Source of the DNA: Candidatus Marinacidobacterales bacterium
GTDB lineage: Bacteria > Acidobacteriota > Vicinamibacteria > Marinacidobacterales > SMYC01
Assembly (NCBI GenBank): GCA_965237955.1
Contig: OZ250169.1
Location: 3,424,001 to 3,488,000 of the forward strand
DNA length: 64,000 nucleotides
Direction of reading: 5' to 3'
Below the pieces are notes generated by a model. The model was not told the DNA's origin. It saw nothing but the letters and a program-made list of their open reading frames with translations, and did not search any database. Below, one piece after another: positions 1 to 9,923 of this stretch (position 1 is the stretch's first letter; each line of letters opens with the position of its first letter). A program made the position numbers and the translations under genes.

Positions 1-29
1 TTATGCCGCCATAATTCCGGCGCCGCCAC

Positions 30-803
30 TCAGATTTCCTTTCGGGTAAAGAACCAAATAGCGAGCCCGTGGGTGGCGACACCAATGGCGAGAAGAGCGA
101 GAACCGCCTCGGTGACCGACGATCGCTGACCGACGAGCTCGGCAAGCACGCCTTTCAAGCTCTCGTGCGGCATCAAAGAGTGCAGGTAGTGGGTGACGGT
201 GAAGTAGCGCACCGCGCCGGGCACGATGGCCGCGCCCGCCTGCCACCCGAACACGAAGAAAAGACCGAAGATCAGCGGGCGTTTCAATACGGTCCCGGCG
301 AGAGAGAACAAGCCGGTGTAGGCGAACATCCCCAGGATCGCGGCAACGACGTCACGCACTAGTGTCGGGAAACGGCTCCCGAGCTCCTGCCAGCCGCTCC
401 CCGCGAGCGTCAAATAGAAACAGAGGACGAACGGAGGCAGGAACAGAAACAAAACGATGGTCAGGTTCCCGATTGCTCTGCCGAGGAAGAGGTCTCTCCG
501 CTCGATGGGCCGGGTGAGAAAGTAGCGGAGCGTTCCCGCTTCGGCGTCGTCGGTGACCACGCCGCTCGCGTAGAAGAGCGAGAGCATCGGCACGACAAAA
601 GGTAGGCTCACGGTAGCGGTCACGGCCGAGAACACTCCAGAGCTCGAGGTTTGCGCCGCGAGCTCGAGCGCGACCGCTGCGCGGTAGACGAGCGCCACGA
701 GGACGGGCGTCATCGCCAATATCGCCATTCCCAGAGTACGCGGCGAGAACAGAAGCTGAGAGAAACTCCACCGCGCGACGATAGGAAGTCGAGAGGCCGT
801 CAT
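30..803 (-). CDS. ABC-2 type transporter permease
   Basis: 257 aa with ~6 hydrophobic segments and a 'GTLRYFLTRPIER' EAA-like loop; its start overlaps the stop of the upstream ATPase. Confidence 0.85.
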   Translation of the reverse strand: MTASRLPIVARWSFSQLLFSPRTLGMAILAMTPVLVALVYRAAVALELAAQTSSSGVFSAVTATVSLPFVVPMLSLFYASGVVTDDAEAGTLRYFLTRPIERRDLFLGRAIGNLTIVLFLFLPPFVLCFYLTLAGSGWQELGSRFPTLVRDVVAAILGMFAYTGLFSLAGTVLKRPLIFGLFFVFGWQAGAAIVPGAVRYFTVTHYLHSLMPHESLKGVLAELVGQRSSVTEAVLALLAIGVATHGLAIWFFTRKEI

Positions 804-1735
804 TTTTCCACCAAGTAGTGAAACACGGCTTCGAGTTTGTCGTCGGGCGACGAGATCTCGTGGATGACGACGACGCCGTCGATGACGTACTCGGCGAGAA
901 GCTTGTAGAAACGATCGGGCTCCCGGGTCTCGAGCTCCACTTCCGACAGCTCTTCGGAAAATGAGATCGAGTGCAAGTCTTCCTGCTCGAGGAGATGACC
1001 CGCGAGCTTCCGCGGCTCCGGGGTTGAAATCAAGATGTGATGTGGGTGCGCATCCATCAGCCGACGAATCTCGTGAATGTTGCCACTCGCCATCACTTTC
1101 CCCGCCGTCATCAAAACGACTTCCCGCGTCATCAGCTCGACTTCATGAAGAATGTGACTCGAAACGAGAACCGTCTTGCCGCGAGCGCCCCAATCGCGGA
1201 TCCAGTCGATCACTTCGCGCCGGTCGACGGGGTCGAGCCCGGTGAGAGGCTCATCGAGAACGAGAATCTCGGGATCGTGCGCCATCGCTTGCGCGATGCG
1301 GAGCCTCTGCTTCATCCCGCGGCTGAACGTGGTGACCCGGCGATCGCGCGCGCTCTCGAGCCCTACATCGGAGAGAGCTTTCTCCGCACGGGCACGCGCC
1401 GCCTGCTCGTCGAAGCCGTGAAGGCGCATCAAGTACTCGAGCCAGTCGATGGCGCTCACCCGGGCTTGAAACTCCTCTTCTTCGGGCACGAGGCCGAGCT
1501 TTTGGTGCACGCCGGGGTTCGCGAACGGCGAGTCACCGAAAACGGTGACGTTTCCGGAGCTCGGGCGCAGGAGCCCAGTGACGAGCTTCAACAGGGTGGA
1601 CTTGCCGGCGCCGTTCGGACCCAAGAGCGCGGTGACGCCCGGCTCGAAGGCGAGGCTCACCCGGCTCAACCCGAGGACGTTTCCGTACCAGCGCGAGACG
1701 GCGTCGAGCTCGATCACGTTCGTGATCGATTTCAT
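800..1735 (-). CDS. ABC transporter ATP-binding protein
   Basis: Walker A GPNGAGKST, signature FSRGMKQR, Walker B ILVLDEP; real start is MKSITN at 1735 (or GTG 1741), not 2611. Confidence 0.9.
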   Translation of the reverse strand: MKSITNVIELDAVSRWYGNVLGLSRVSLAFEPGVTALLGPNGAGKSTLLKLVTGLLRPSSGNVTVFGDSPFANPGVHQKLGLVPEEEEFQARVSAIDWLEYLMRLHGFDEQAARARAEKALSDVGLESARDRRVTTFSRGMKQRLRIAQAMAHDPEILVLDEPLTGLDPVDRREVIDWIRDWGARGKTVLVSSHILHEVELMTREVVLMTAGKVMASGNIHEIRRLMDAHPHHILISTPEPRKLAGHLLEQEDLHSISFSEELSEVELETREPDRFYKLLAEYVIDGVVVIHEISSPDDKLEAVFHYLVEK

Positions 1736-1737
1736 GC

Positions 1738-2586
1738 TCACGAGGACACCTCGGCCGAGCTCAACCGCCAGCGGAGGACGGCGAGCGAAGCGAGCATCAG
1801 CGACACCATAGAGGCGATCGAGAGAAACGGTGTGTTGGCGGACGCGGCGTTGCCGAAGAACACGTGGCCGGAATCGACGGTGGAGTCGATCATGCTGAGA
1901 AACGCCGGCGGCTGGTCGATGCGAAGACGAGATAAAGCGCCCACGAAGATGACTTTGCTCCCGAGGGCGAGGGCGCCGAAGCCGGCGCCGGCAACGCGCG
2001 TGCTCCGGGTGAGACTCGAGATGGCGAGAACGGTGAGCGTGAAATAGAGGCATATCCAAACACTGTAGATGACCACGGAGAGGGGCAGAAACTGGCTGGC
2101 CGCGAACAACTCGGAATCTTCGGCAACGAACACGTGCACGACGAGCAACGTCAACGCGGGAACGAGCGTCACGACCAGGAGCGCGGCCATCACCGGCATC
2201 GCCTTGGCGAAGACGTAGTTGATGCGTGAGATCGGTTTCGATAGGTAGACAACGAACGCACCCGTCGACAGGTCCGTCGAGATCGCGCCGGCGCCGGTGT
2301 AGAGTGCTACGAGGATCACCGGCAGATAAGCGACTTGCTGCGACAGGAACTCCTGCCAGAGCCCGGCATCGATGGTGATGGACACAAACGCCTGGGGAAA
2401 CTGCCTGGCAACGTAAATCTGCGCCGCCCGCGCGAGGACCGGGATCCAGGAGACGGTGAGAAGAAGAAGAAACGACCGGCGCTTCAGGAGAAGCGAAGCC
2501 GAGGAGCGCGCCATCGCGAAGCTTCGGTTGAAGCGCGACGTGCGCGGCCCGTCGAAATGCTGATAAGAAAGATCGTGGAGAGGCAT
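1738..2586 (-). CDS. ABC-2 type transporter permease
   Basis: Hydrophobic protein with 'GAFVVYLSKPISR' motif; start MPLHDLSYQ at 2586 overlaps the upstream stop. Confidence 0.85.
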   Translation of the reverse strand: MPLHDLSYQHFDGPRTSRFNRSFAMARSSASLLLKRRSFLLLLTVSWIPVLARAAQIYVARQFPQAFVSITIDAGLWQEFLSQQVAYLPVILVALYTGAGAISTDLSTGAFVVYLSKPISRINYVFAKAMPVMAALLVVTLVPALTLLVVHVFVAEDSELFAASQFLPLSVVIYSVWICLYFTLTVLAISSLTRSTRVAGAGFGALALGSKVIFVGALSRLRIDQPPAFLSMIDSTVDSGHVFFGNAASANTPFLSIASMVSLMLASLAVLRWRLSSAEVSS

Positions 2587-3539
2587 CAGGACACGTCGGG
2601 CGCGTTGACATCGACCGCGGTGAGAAATGTCTCTTCCAGGTTGGTCTCGAACCGTCGCAAATGCCGGATCTCGGCGCCGGCGGAGCGGGCCGCTTCGAAC
2701 AAGAATCTCGTCGAGGGAGCTTCCGAGGAGTCGCTTGCCGGCAGAGTAATCTTCAGTTGCCCGTGACTGTCCTCTTCGATGACGACGTCGTGACTCGAGA
2801 GCGCGTTTCGAAACGCTCCCGGGGTGTCTTCGCAGATCCGGATCTCGTAGACGCATCCCGCATGGCCCGGACGTTGCCGCAGCGCATCGAGCCTCCCTTC
2901 GAGCGCGAGCCTGCCTTTGTCCAGGACGACGACGCTGTCACAAACTTGCTCGACGTCGTGCAAAAGATGCGTCGACAGCATGACCGATACATGGCGCTTT
3001 CCGACGTCTCGCACCAACTCCAGCATTTGCCGCCGGCCTAAGGGATCGAGTCCGCTCGTCGGTTCATCAAGGAGGAGGAGCTCGGGGTCGTGCACCAACG
3101 ACATAGCGAGTTTGGTACGTTGCTGCATTCCGGTCGAGAACTCTTCGACTAACCGGTAGCGAGCGTCTCCCAATCCGGCAAACCAGAGCATGTCGTGCGC
3201 CCGGGCGAGGGCGTCGGTGCGAGAGAGGCCGCCGAGCTCGCCGGCGAGCGCGACCATTTCGACTGCGGTCAATCCTGGAACAAAAACGCTTCGCTCGGGA
3301 AAGTATCCGAGGCGCAGGCGCAACTCGTGGGGACGGCCGCGGACGGGGACACCGAGTACCTCTGCGGTTCCCCGTTTCGGCACGAGGAAACCGAGCAGCG
3401 TTTTGAAGAGTGTGCTCTTTCCGGCACCGTTCTTGCCGAGGAGGCCCGACACTCCCTCGGGCACTTCGACATCGAGAGCGGAAAGTGCCTGTCTGGTGCC
3501 GTAGCTGACGGTGAGGTCGGTCGTTCTCAATACTGCCAT
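2586..3539 (-). CDS. ABC transporter ATP-binding protein
   Basis: GKNGAGKST, FSTGMQQR, LLLDEPT; start MAVLRTT at 3539. Confidence 0.9.
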   Translation of the reverse strand: MAVLRTTDLTVSYGTRQALSALDVEVPEGVSGLLGKNGAGKSTLFKTLLGFLVPKRGTAEVLGVPVRGRPHELRLRLGYFPERSVFVPGLTAVEMVALAGELGGLSRTDALARAHDMLWFAGLGDARYRLVEEFSTGMQQRTKLAMSLVHDPELLLLDEPTSGLDPLGRRQMLELVRDVGKRHVSVMLSTHLLHDVEQVCDSVVVLDKGRLALEGRLDALRQRPGHAGCVYEIRICEDTPGAFRNALSSHDVVIEEDSHGQLKITLPASDSSEAPSTRFLFEAARSAGAEIRHLRRFETNLEETFLTAVDVNAPDVS

Positions 3540-3646
3540 GAGGTCGATCGCGTAGACGGAATCCGCTTGCTCGAAGTTCCCGGCCGACCATACCATGTGC
3601 CGAAGGGGCTTCCGCCGGGCTCCGATCGCGCGTAGAATTGATTCCG

Positions 3647-4021
3647 ATGAGTCGCCATCGGTCGAAAGAAGCGGGGGAAATCCGCATCCGGAACCTCGTC
3701 GAGCTCGTCGTCGTTTTCTTCCTCGTCTACGCCATCTTTCAGATCGCACCGGTGGTCGTCACTCGGGTCAACTTTCTGACCGAGCTCGATGTGATCGCGA
3801 ATTCTCCGGTTCAAGAGACCGCGCTCGAGCTACGCCAAAAAGTGTTGCAGGCGGCCGAGGGCCGCAGCATCGTGCTCGACGCGGAACGCGTTCACGTCCG
3901 GCGCGATCGATCAACCAAGAGAACGACCATCGACGCGAGCTACGAGCTGTTCGTGAACTTCTTCCCTCGCTACACTTACATCTGGCGGGTCAACGATCAC
4001 GTCGAGGCTCTTTTGTTTTAG
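3647..4021 (+). CDS. Hypothetical membrane-anchored pilin-like protein (DUF4845-like)
   Basis: Basic N-terminus, Gly then a hydrophobic helix, small alpha/beta domain. Confidence 0.55.
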   Translation: MSRHRSKEAGEIRIRNLVELVVVFFLVYAIFQIAPVVVTRVNFLTELDVIANSPVQETALELRQKVLQAAEGRSIVLDAERVHVRRDRSTKRTTIDASYELFVNFFPRYTYIWRVNDHVEALLF

Positions 4022-4110
4022 TCACGTCTAGTTTGGTTGCGATCGACGAGTCTTGTAGAGCCTAAGTCCGTTTGCTATGATTACTTAGGATTTTCTAGTC
4101 GAGGCGCGTT

Positions 4111-4413
4111 TTGCACGAAGGTGACGAGAAGCTGCGGCGAGTGGTTCAAAACCTCGAGAAGAGCATCGAGCAGGCGATTGCAAGCTCACCGCAAGTCGAA
4201 GAGTGCCTGACCCGCATCCGCGACGAAGGCTACGAGATTTCCCTCGTCTTACAAGCCACGCTGGCGTTCGCCCCGATGGGTGAGCTCGACTTGAAGCAGG
4301 TCGAGGAAGTCGCGGGCGTCTTCAACGAGAGCGATGCGCAATTTCGGATGAGCACGCTGGATCGGAAGTTCCTGCGGTCGCTGAAGATTGCGGTGGATGT
4401 GGACGAGGAATAG
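4111..4413 (+). CDS. Hypothetical protein
   Basis: 100 aa acidic ORF with TTG start, GAGG upstream and protein-like composition; C-terminal 'DRKFLRSLKI'. Confidence 0.65.
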   Translation: MHEGDEKLRRVVQNLEKSIEQAIASSPQVEECLTRIRDEGYEISLVLQATLAFAPMGELDLKQVEEVAGVFNESDAQFRMSTLDRKFLRSLKIAVDVDEE

Positions 4414-4448
4414 TCAGCACGGCGCAGCGAAGCCGCATCCCAAATCTC

Positions 4449-4484
4449 TCAACGCAAAGACGCAAGGGCGCAAAGACGCCAAGG
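4449..4484. repeat. Orphan half of CGCAAAG-type palindromic repeat (family A)
   Basis: aacgcaaagacgcaagggcgcaaagacgccaagg matches the left arms at 18077 and 20089; the complementary arm is absent and the IS5 starts just downstream at 4490. Confidence 0.75.
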
Positions 4485-4489
4485 TTCGT

Positions 4490-5576
4490 TGCCTTGGTGC
4501 ACAACTCCGATAGAGGCCGAGAGCTCGCTTGGCCCCGACTCCCATCATCCGATCATCTCGCTATCAGGCATCCCGAGCGCCGTCATGGTGTTGAGAATCT
4601 TGCACCCGATCCTTGCCTCGACTCTCTGTGCCGCCAACCCTCTCGCTCGCATCGCTGAGCCCACGATAGCCTTGTAGCGATGGAACGTTGTCTCGACTTT
4701 GCTCCGTTTGCTGTAGCCCGATTCTGTGTGCCACTTTCGTTTGCCGAGCCGAGCTTGTGCTGCAATGTTGCGATTACGCTGTCGGCTGCTCGCCGGCCCC
4801 GATGCGAGCTGGGCGCCCTTGCGCGGCGGTATCAGCACCCTCGGCGAGCGATGAGCGCTGTGATTCTCGATCGCCTCATAGACGCCGCTGGCGTCGTATG
4901 CGGTGTCAGCTCTGGCCGATGAGATGGGACTGTCGATCTGTCCGACAAGCGATGCAACCCGCGATGAATCGCGGGCTCTTTTGCTCGTCAGCTCGCAGGC
5001 GATGACTTCGCCACTCTGCTCGTCGACACACAGATGGAGCTTGCGATAGTCCCTGCTCTTTGATGCTCTGCGCAGCTGGCCGGCGTGGACAGCGAGACCG
5101 CTGCTGTCGATCAAGATGTGCAACGGCGTCTTCTGCTTGTCTTGGTAGAAGGGGACCTTACCCAGCTTCGCCTTGCGCCTCGAGATCGTGGTGTGATCGG
5201 GCACATCATTGTCTAGCTTCATCAGAGCGAACAACGACCGCAGCAATCCCTCGCTCTGCCTAGATGACAGATGAAACACCATGCCCAGGGTGACAGCCGT
5301 CTCGATGGCGTGGTTCGAGTACTTGCGTTGACGGCCCGGTTTCCTCCTCCTCGGCCGGGGCGCGTCCCAGTTCACAAGCTTGCCGGCGGTGAGCGAGATC
5401 CAGACAGTCAGGCTCCCACGGTTGCGTAGACCCGCCTCATATTCACGCCAATTCCTCACGCGATAGGCCTTCTTCACATACTTCCGCTGAGTGCGTTTGA
5501 AAATGCTCATGGGGAACCTCGAATCCGTGAGTAAAGGACAATTGTGGACCGAGATCGCGAGTTGTGCACCAAGGCA
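4490..5576 (-). mobile_element. IS5-family (IS903-like) element, copy 1
   Basis: Perfect terminal IR TGCCTTGGTGCACAACTC / GAGTTGTGCACCAAGGCA, 1087 bp, encloses a DDE transposase; no TSD evident. Confidence 0.92.
4545..5510 (-). CDS. IS5-family transposase
   Basis: YRVRNWREYEAGLRNRGSLT, PDHTTISRR, IDSSG, RKLHL, ADTAYD, GYSKRSKVET motifs. Confidence 0.93.
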   Translation of the reverse strand: MSIFKRTQRKYVKKAYRVRNWREYEAGLRNRGSLTVWISLTAGKLVNWDAPRPRRRKPGRQRKYSNHAIETAVTLGMVFHLSSRQSEGLLRSLFALMKLDNDVPDHTTISRRKAKLGKVPFYQDKQKTPLHILIDSSGLAVHAGQLRRASKSRDYRKLHLCVDEQSGEVIACELTSKRARDSSRVASLVGQIDSPISSARADTAYDASGVYEAIENHSAHRSPRVLIPPRKGAQLASGPASSRQRNRNIAAQARLGKRKWHTESGYSKRSKVETTFHRYKAIVGSAMRARGLAAQRVEARIGCKILNTMTALGMPDSEMIG

Positions 5577-6673
5577 ATTGGTCGTCCCTAATAATGACCC
5601 CTTCCTCTTCGAATTTCGCCTTGTAGTTCTTGACTATTTCACGAGGAGTCAGTCCTACCTTGATCGTCTCTACCAGAATCTTGTCGATTCTCCGATATTC
5701 TGCCCAAAGTTTTTTGATATCTGGAGGTGGTTCCGTCTCCCCTTCGCGCAGCACATAGGCGTACGTTCCCTGACTTGGGGCTGCAACGATGTCGCCTCCC
5801 TGGATCACAACGTTTTCATGGCCTCGAGTCCGTCCCCTTTGTGATACTCCTGTGCCTCGCCAGCGAAAAATAGTCACTCCCACGTCGCGATTCTTGGTGA
5901 CACCCGGCACGATTTCAGCAAAAACTTTCCTCACACGTTCATCTTCGTCCTTACGCATTCTTTTGAGTAACTCAATTTCGCTTGGCACCTTTCTGATGAT
6001 GTAATCCATCATCACACGCTCAGACGAGACTATCCTGTTGGCATATTTATCACCGAGCTCTTCAGTCAATAGAAGGTAGTCCGTATGCGAAAGGCCGTCT
6101 CGTGCTCTTGTCGTGGTCGGATAGGGCCCCAGATCGAGCTTGAAATTCAGAGCAATGCGTTTGGGGTCACGTGCATCAACGAATTCTCTGAGGCCCTTGA
6201 ATCGGTAGTCATATTCTGTCTCCGGGCCTCCCGGCGGTTGCTTCACAAGAACCGGATCGCCGATGATGTCGTAAGCTCCACATTCTTCGACCAACCTGGT
6301 CTCCCAATGTACCCTCCACGTTTCACCAGCATGTGAGTCTCCCCACCGACGTCCGAGAACCGCACGTTCAATCCTGTCATCGTCACGGTCCGTGAAGACA
6401 AACACACCGGAGGCTCCCCAGGTCTTCTGCACCAAAGGGATCCGGTATGGTTTCTCTCATCACGTGAAGCCACATGTCGACATTGTTCTTCCTCATGACT
6501 TCAGGCAGGACAATGTCGAATTTTTCCCGACGAATCCGATTGTTCCATTCCCTTAAATCGTCCTCTTCCTGGGCTTGTGCTTCGGCCGTTGCCGGATCGG
6601 TTGCTTCAGCACTACGGAGACACAAAAAGACGGACATAATAAAAGTCACAAACAAAACAATTCGACTAGACAT
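5577..6673 (-). pseudogene. Secreted M24 (Xaa-Pro peptidase)-like gene, frameshifted and 3'-truncated by IS5
   Basis: Signal peptide; 'RREKFDIVLPEVMRKNNVDMW' then one extra G at 6416-6419 joins to 'GASGVFVFTD...QGTYAYVLREGETEPP'; reads into the IS end. Confidence 0.7.
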
Positions 6674-6727
6674 TGGTCAGAACTCCTTGCCCCCGTTATC
6701 CAGCATGTTGGAGCCGGAACAGGAACC

Positions 6728-6830
6728 TCACTGGTAGCGGAAGTAGAGCTTCCCGTCGGCGTAAGCGATGGCGGCGGAGTTGCGCCCGTCGTTTCGGACG
6801 CGACCCCAGGCGAGCTCGCCGGTTCGAGCA
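6728..6830 (-). pseudogene. Fragment of a PQQ-like beta-propeller gene
   Basis: Manual translation gives GELAWGRVRNDGRNSAAIAYADGKLYFRYQ*; no start codon, lies just inside IS5 copy 2. Confidence 0.5.
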
Positions 6831-6870
6831 GCCGCGCAGCACTCGGGCAAGAATCTTTCCTCCTGGATGG

Positions 6871-7957
6871 TGCCTTGGTGCACAACTCCGATAGAGGCCG
6901 AGAGCTCGCTTGGCCCCGACTCCCATCATCCGATCATCTCGCTATCAGGCATCCCGAGCGCCGTCATGGTGTTGAAAATCTTGCACCCGATCTTTGCCTC
7001 GACTCTCTGTGCCGCCAACCCTCTCGCTCGCATCGCTGAGCCCACGATAGCCTTGTAGCGATGGAACGTTGTCTCGACTTTGCTCCGTTTGCTGTAGCCC
7101 GATTCTGTGTGCCACTTTCGTTTGCCGAGCCGAGCTTGTGCTGCAATGTTGCGATTGCGCTGTCGGCTGCTCGCCGGCCCCGATGCGAGCAGGGCGCCCT
7201 TGCGCGGCGGTATCAGCACCCTCGGCGAGCGATGAGCGCTGTGATTCTCGATCGCCTCATAGACGCCGCTGGCGTCGTATGCGGTGTCAGCTCTGGCCGA
7301 TGAGATGGGACTGTCGATCTGTCCGACAAGCGATGCAACCCGCGATGAATCGCGGGCTCTTTTGCTCGTCAGCTCGCAGGCGATGACTTCGCCACTCTGC
7401 TCGTCGACACACAGATGGAGCTTGCGATAGTCCCTGCTCTTTGATGCTCTGCGCAGCTGGCCGGCGTGGACAGCGAGACCGCTGCTGTCGATCAAGATGT
7501 GCAACGGCGTCTTCTGCTTGTCTTGGTAGAAGGGGACCTTACCCAGCTTCGCCTTGCGCCTCGAGATCGTGGTGTGATTGGGCACATCATTGTCTAGCTT
7601 CATCAGAGCGAACAATGATCGCAGCAATCCCTCGCTCTGCCTAGACGACAGATGAAACACCATGCCCAGGGTGACAGCCGTCTCGATGGCGTGGTTCGAG
7701 TACTTGCGTTGACGGCCCGGTTTCCTCCTCCTCGGCCGGGGCGCGTCCCAGTTCACAAGCTTGCCGGCGGTGAGCGAGATCCAGACGGTCAGGCTCCCGC
7801 GGTTGCGTAGACCCGCCTCATATTCACGCCAATTCCTCACGCGATAGGCCTTCTTCACATACTTCCGCTGAGTGCGTTTGAAAATGCTCATGGGGAACCT
7901 CGTATCCGCGAGTACAGGACAATTGTGGACCGAGATCGCGAGTTGTGCACCAAGGCA
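6871..7957 (-). mobile_element. IS5-family element, copy 2
   Basis: Same IRs and length (1087 bp) as copy 1, roughly a dozen substitutions. Confidence 0.92.
6926..7891 (-). CDS. IS5-family transposase
   Basis: Near-identical to 4545..5510; start MSIFKRTQ. Confidence 0.92.
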   Translation of the reverse strand: MSIFKRTQRKYVKKAYRVRNWREYEAGLRNRGSLTVWISLTAGKLVNWDAPRPRRRKPGRQRKYSNHAIETAVTLGMVFHLSSRQSEGLLRSLFALMKLDNDVPNHTTISRRKAKLGKVPFYQDKQKTPLHILIDSSGLAVHAGQLRRASKSRDYRKLHLCVDEQSGEVIACELTSKRARDSSRVASLVGQIDSPISSARADTAYDASGVYEAIENHSAHRSPRVLIPPRKGALLASGPASSRQRNRNIAAQARLGKRKWHTESGYSKRSKVETTFHRYKAIVGSAMRARGLAAQRVEAKIGCKIFNTMTALGMPDSEMIG

Positions 7958-7970
7958 TCGAGACGCTATC

Positions 7971-7999
7971 GGGCAGGGGCAGGGGTAGGGGTAACTGGG
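7971..7999. repeat. G-rich GGGGCA tandem repeat (family D, orphan arm)
   Basis: gggcaggggcaggggtaggggtaactggg, similar to 21413-21445. Confidence 0.55.
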
Positions 8000-8055
8000 A
8001 TAAAATACAGATCCGCTGTTTTGGCGTTGGAAAAGCCCCAACGAGGAGTTACAGG

Positions 8056-8871
8056 ATGCTGAAGAGGGTACTCGTTCTGACCATGGCGTCGGTTGTTCTT
8101 TCGGGGAGCATCGACACCGCCTATCCGTGGAGCGAGGAGGGCGTGCGTCTGTTCATGGAAAAAGCGATCAAAGCACTCGACAAGTCGCTCAAGCGGTTCT
8201 ATGAGGATCGAGAGCTCACCCTCGTCGAGACGGCGAGCGACCCGTCGCTATTCCCGCCGCGCCTGCTGTTCGAAGTCGATCGACTCGAGCCGTTTCCATT
8301 CCTCGACCTTCCGACGGACAGAAAGCGTGCGGTCAGAAAGTACGGCGAAGAAGCGCTCGAGGAGTCAGGTGATCTGCCGTGGCGGTTGATCGAGAGCTAC
8401 AACGCGCTCGTCGAAGCGCACCGCCAGGCCGATTTCGAGGCGGTGATGACGCACTCTGCCGAGATTGCGCACTACGTTGGCGCGATGTACGTCCCTGTCA
8501 ACGTCTCCCGAAACGGAGATGGCGAGCCCACCGGGCAGCACGGACTGCGCGAGCGGTTCGATTCGCGTCTTCTCGAAGTTTACGGGGGAAAAGTCCGCGT
8601 CGATACCCCGACAGCCTTTTACCTCGACAATCCGGAAGAATACGCGGTCTCGATACCACGGAAGAGCTACATCTGGGTCGACAACCTGTTGTACTTCGAC
8701 TATCTGTCGCGGCTGGGGGTGAAGAGCTACGACCGTTTCTACTACGAAGGTATGTGGCTTCGGGCAAAGCCCCTGCTCAAGCAGCTTCTCGAGGGTGCCG
8801 CGCTCGACACCGCGAGCTTCTGGTACACCGCGTGGTTGGCCGCACGACGCCCGGAGTTGCCAAAGAAGTGA
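8056..8871 (+). CDS. Secreted S1/P1 nuclease / Zn-phospholipase C-like protein with degenerate metal ligands
   Basis: Signal peptide then W; GDLPW, HYV, 'DGEPTGQHGL..RF', 'SFWYTAW..A' are typical of bacterial S1/P1-like proteins; GAGGAG RBS. Confidence 0.7.
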   Translation: MLKRVLVLTMASVVLSGSIDTAYPWSEEGVRLFMEKAIKALDKSLKRFYEDRELTLVETASDPSLFPPRLLFEVDRLEPFPFLDLPTDRKRAVRKYGEEALEESGDLPWRLIESYNALVEAHRQADFEAVMTHSAEIAHYVGAMYVPVNVSRNGDGEPTGQHGLRERFDSRLLEVYGGKVRVDTPTAFYLDNPEEYAVSIPRKSYIWVDNLLYFDYLSRLGVKSYDRFYYEGMWLRAKPLLKQLLEGAALDTASFWYTAWLAARRPELPKK

Positions 8872-8900
8872 TCCGGATTCCCTCCAGCTAGGACGAACGC

Positions 8901-9538
8901 GTGCCGGCGGACGAAAAAGAACAGGCCAATTTCTCCGATCTCGAGGAGCGCGAGATCATCGAGCTCTGTCGCGGCAACGGCGACGCCAAAGAGCTGGCGT
9001 GGGAGGAAATCGTTCGACGATTCCGCCGGCGAGTGTTCGGCATTGCTTACAAGTTTACCGGACGATACGAAGAGTCGCAGGACTTGACCCAGGAAATTTT
9101 CCTCAGGGTGTTCAAATCGCTCGACCAGTTCGACCAAAACGCGGACTTCGGTAACGTGGCTGTACTCGGTCAGCCGCAATCATTGCATCGACCACTATCG
9201 GAGCGGGCGTCGAGAGCGAGAGCTTTTGGTACGGCACGAGCTTTCGCTGGAGGATTTTCCTTCGGGGCGCTTCGATCCTCATCGTGCGGTCGAGTGGCGG
9301 GACAGGAAGAAACTGCTCGTGCAAGCTCTATCGAATCTGCCGGAGAAGCTGCGCGAGGCCGTCGTCCTGAGGGATATCAAGGAGCTCACCTATCAGGAGA
9401 TTGTGGATCGGCTCGACCTTTCCGAAGGCACGGTCAAGAGCAGAATCAATCGCGGGGCGGCAAGAGCTCGGGCGGGCGCTTCTCGCGATGAGAAAGCGCG
9501 ACAACAAGGCGGCAAAATCGACAGGTAAGACGTTATGA
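8901..9538 (+). pseudogene. ECF sigma-70 factor, two +1 frameshifts (pseudogene or sequencing error)
   Basis: Region 2 'QDLTQEIFLRVFKSL..F' then 'TWLYSVSRNHCID' after a shift at ~9151; region 4 'LTYQEIV..LDLSEGTVKSRINRG' then RQELGRAL after an extra G at 9453-9456; the corrected stop overlaps the STAS ATG. Confidence 0.8.
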
Positions 9539-9870
9539 ATATTCTCATCGAATCACACGACGACATCAAAATCGTTCGCATCAAAGAAGAGCGGCTGGTC
9601 TATGCGATGCTCAGCTCGTTTTTCTCCGAGGTATCGTCGGTCATCGAGGGCGGAGCGAAGAAGCTCGTGATCGATTTGACCGATGTCAGCTATCTCGACA
9701 GCGCTTCGGTCGGCTGTCTGATGGATATTTATCGCTCCATGGCCGAGGGCGAAGGCACGATCAAACTCGTGGGGCTTCAAGAGCGCGTGGAGACCATGGT
9801 GAGCATGACGGGTCTCCATAATTTCATGGAGATCTACCGTGACGAATCCGCGGCCCTCGCGAGCTTCTGA
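9535..9870 (+). CDS. STAS-domain anti-sigma factor antagonist
   Basis: 'LVIDLTDVSYLDSASVGCL' RsbV/SpoIIAA motif with the phospho-acceptor Ser. Confidence 0.9.
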   Translation: MNILIESHDDIKIVRIKEERLVYAMLSSFFSEVSSVIEGGAKKLVIDLTDVSYLDSASVGCLMDIYRSMAEGEGTIKLVGLQERVETMVSMTGLHNFMEIYRDESAALASF

Positions 9871-9923
9871 CCTTGCGAGCTTCTGAGAAGACACCGGTGG
9901 TGGTTGAGCATGAGGCAAAAGCA

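Noticed and set aside
1736-2611. Long N-terminal extension of the 603-aa ABC ATPase ORF
   Set aside because: It overlaps the permease in another frame; the true start is ~1735
7945-8055. Extended N-termini of ORFs 7945..8871 and 6926..8041
   Set aside because: Both extensions cross the IS end; better starts exist at 8056 and 7891
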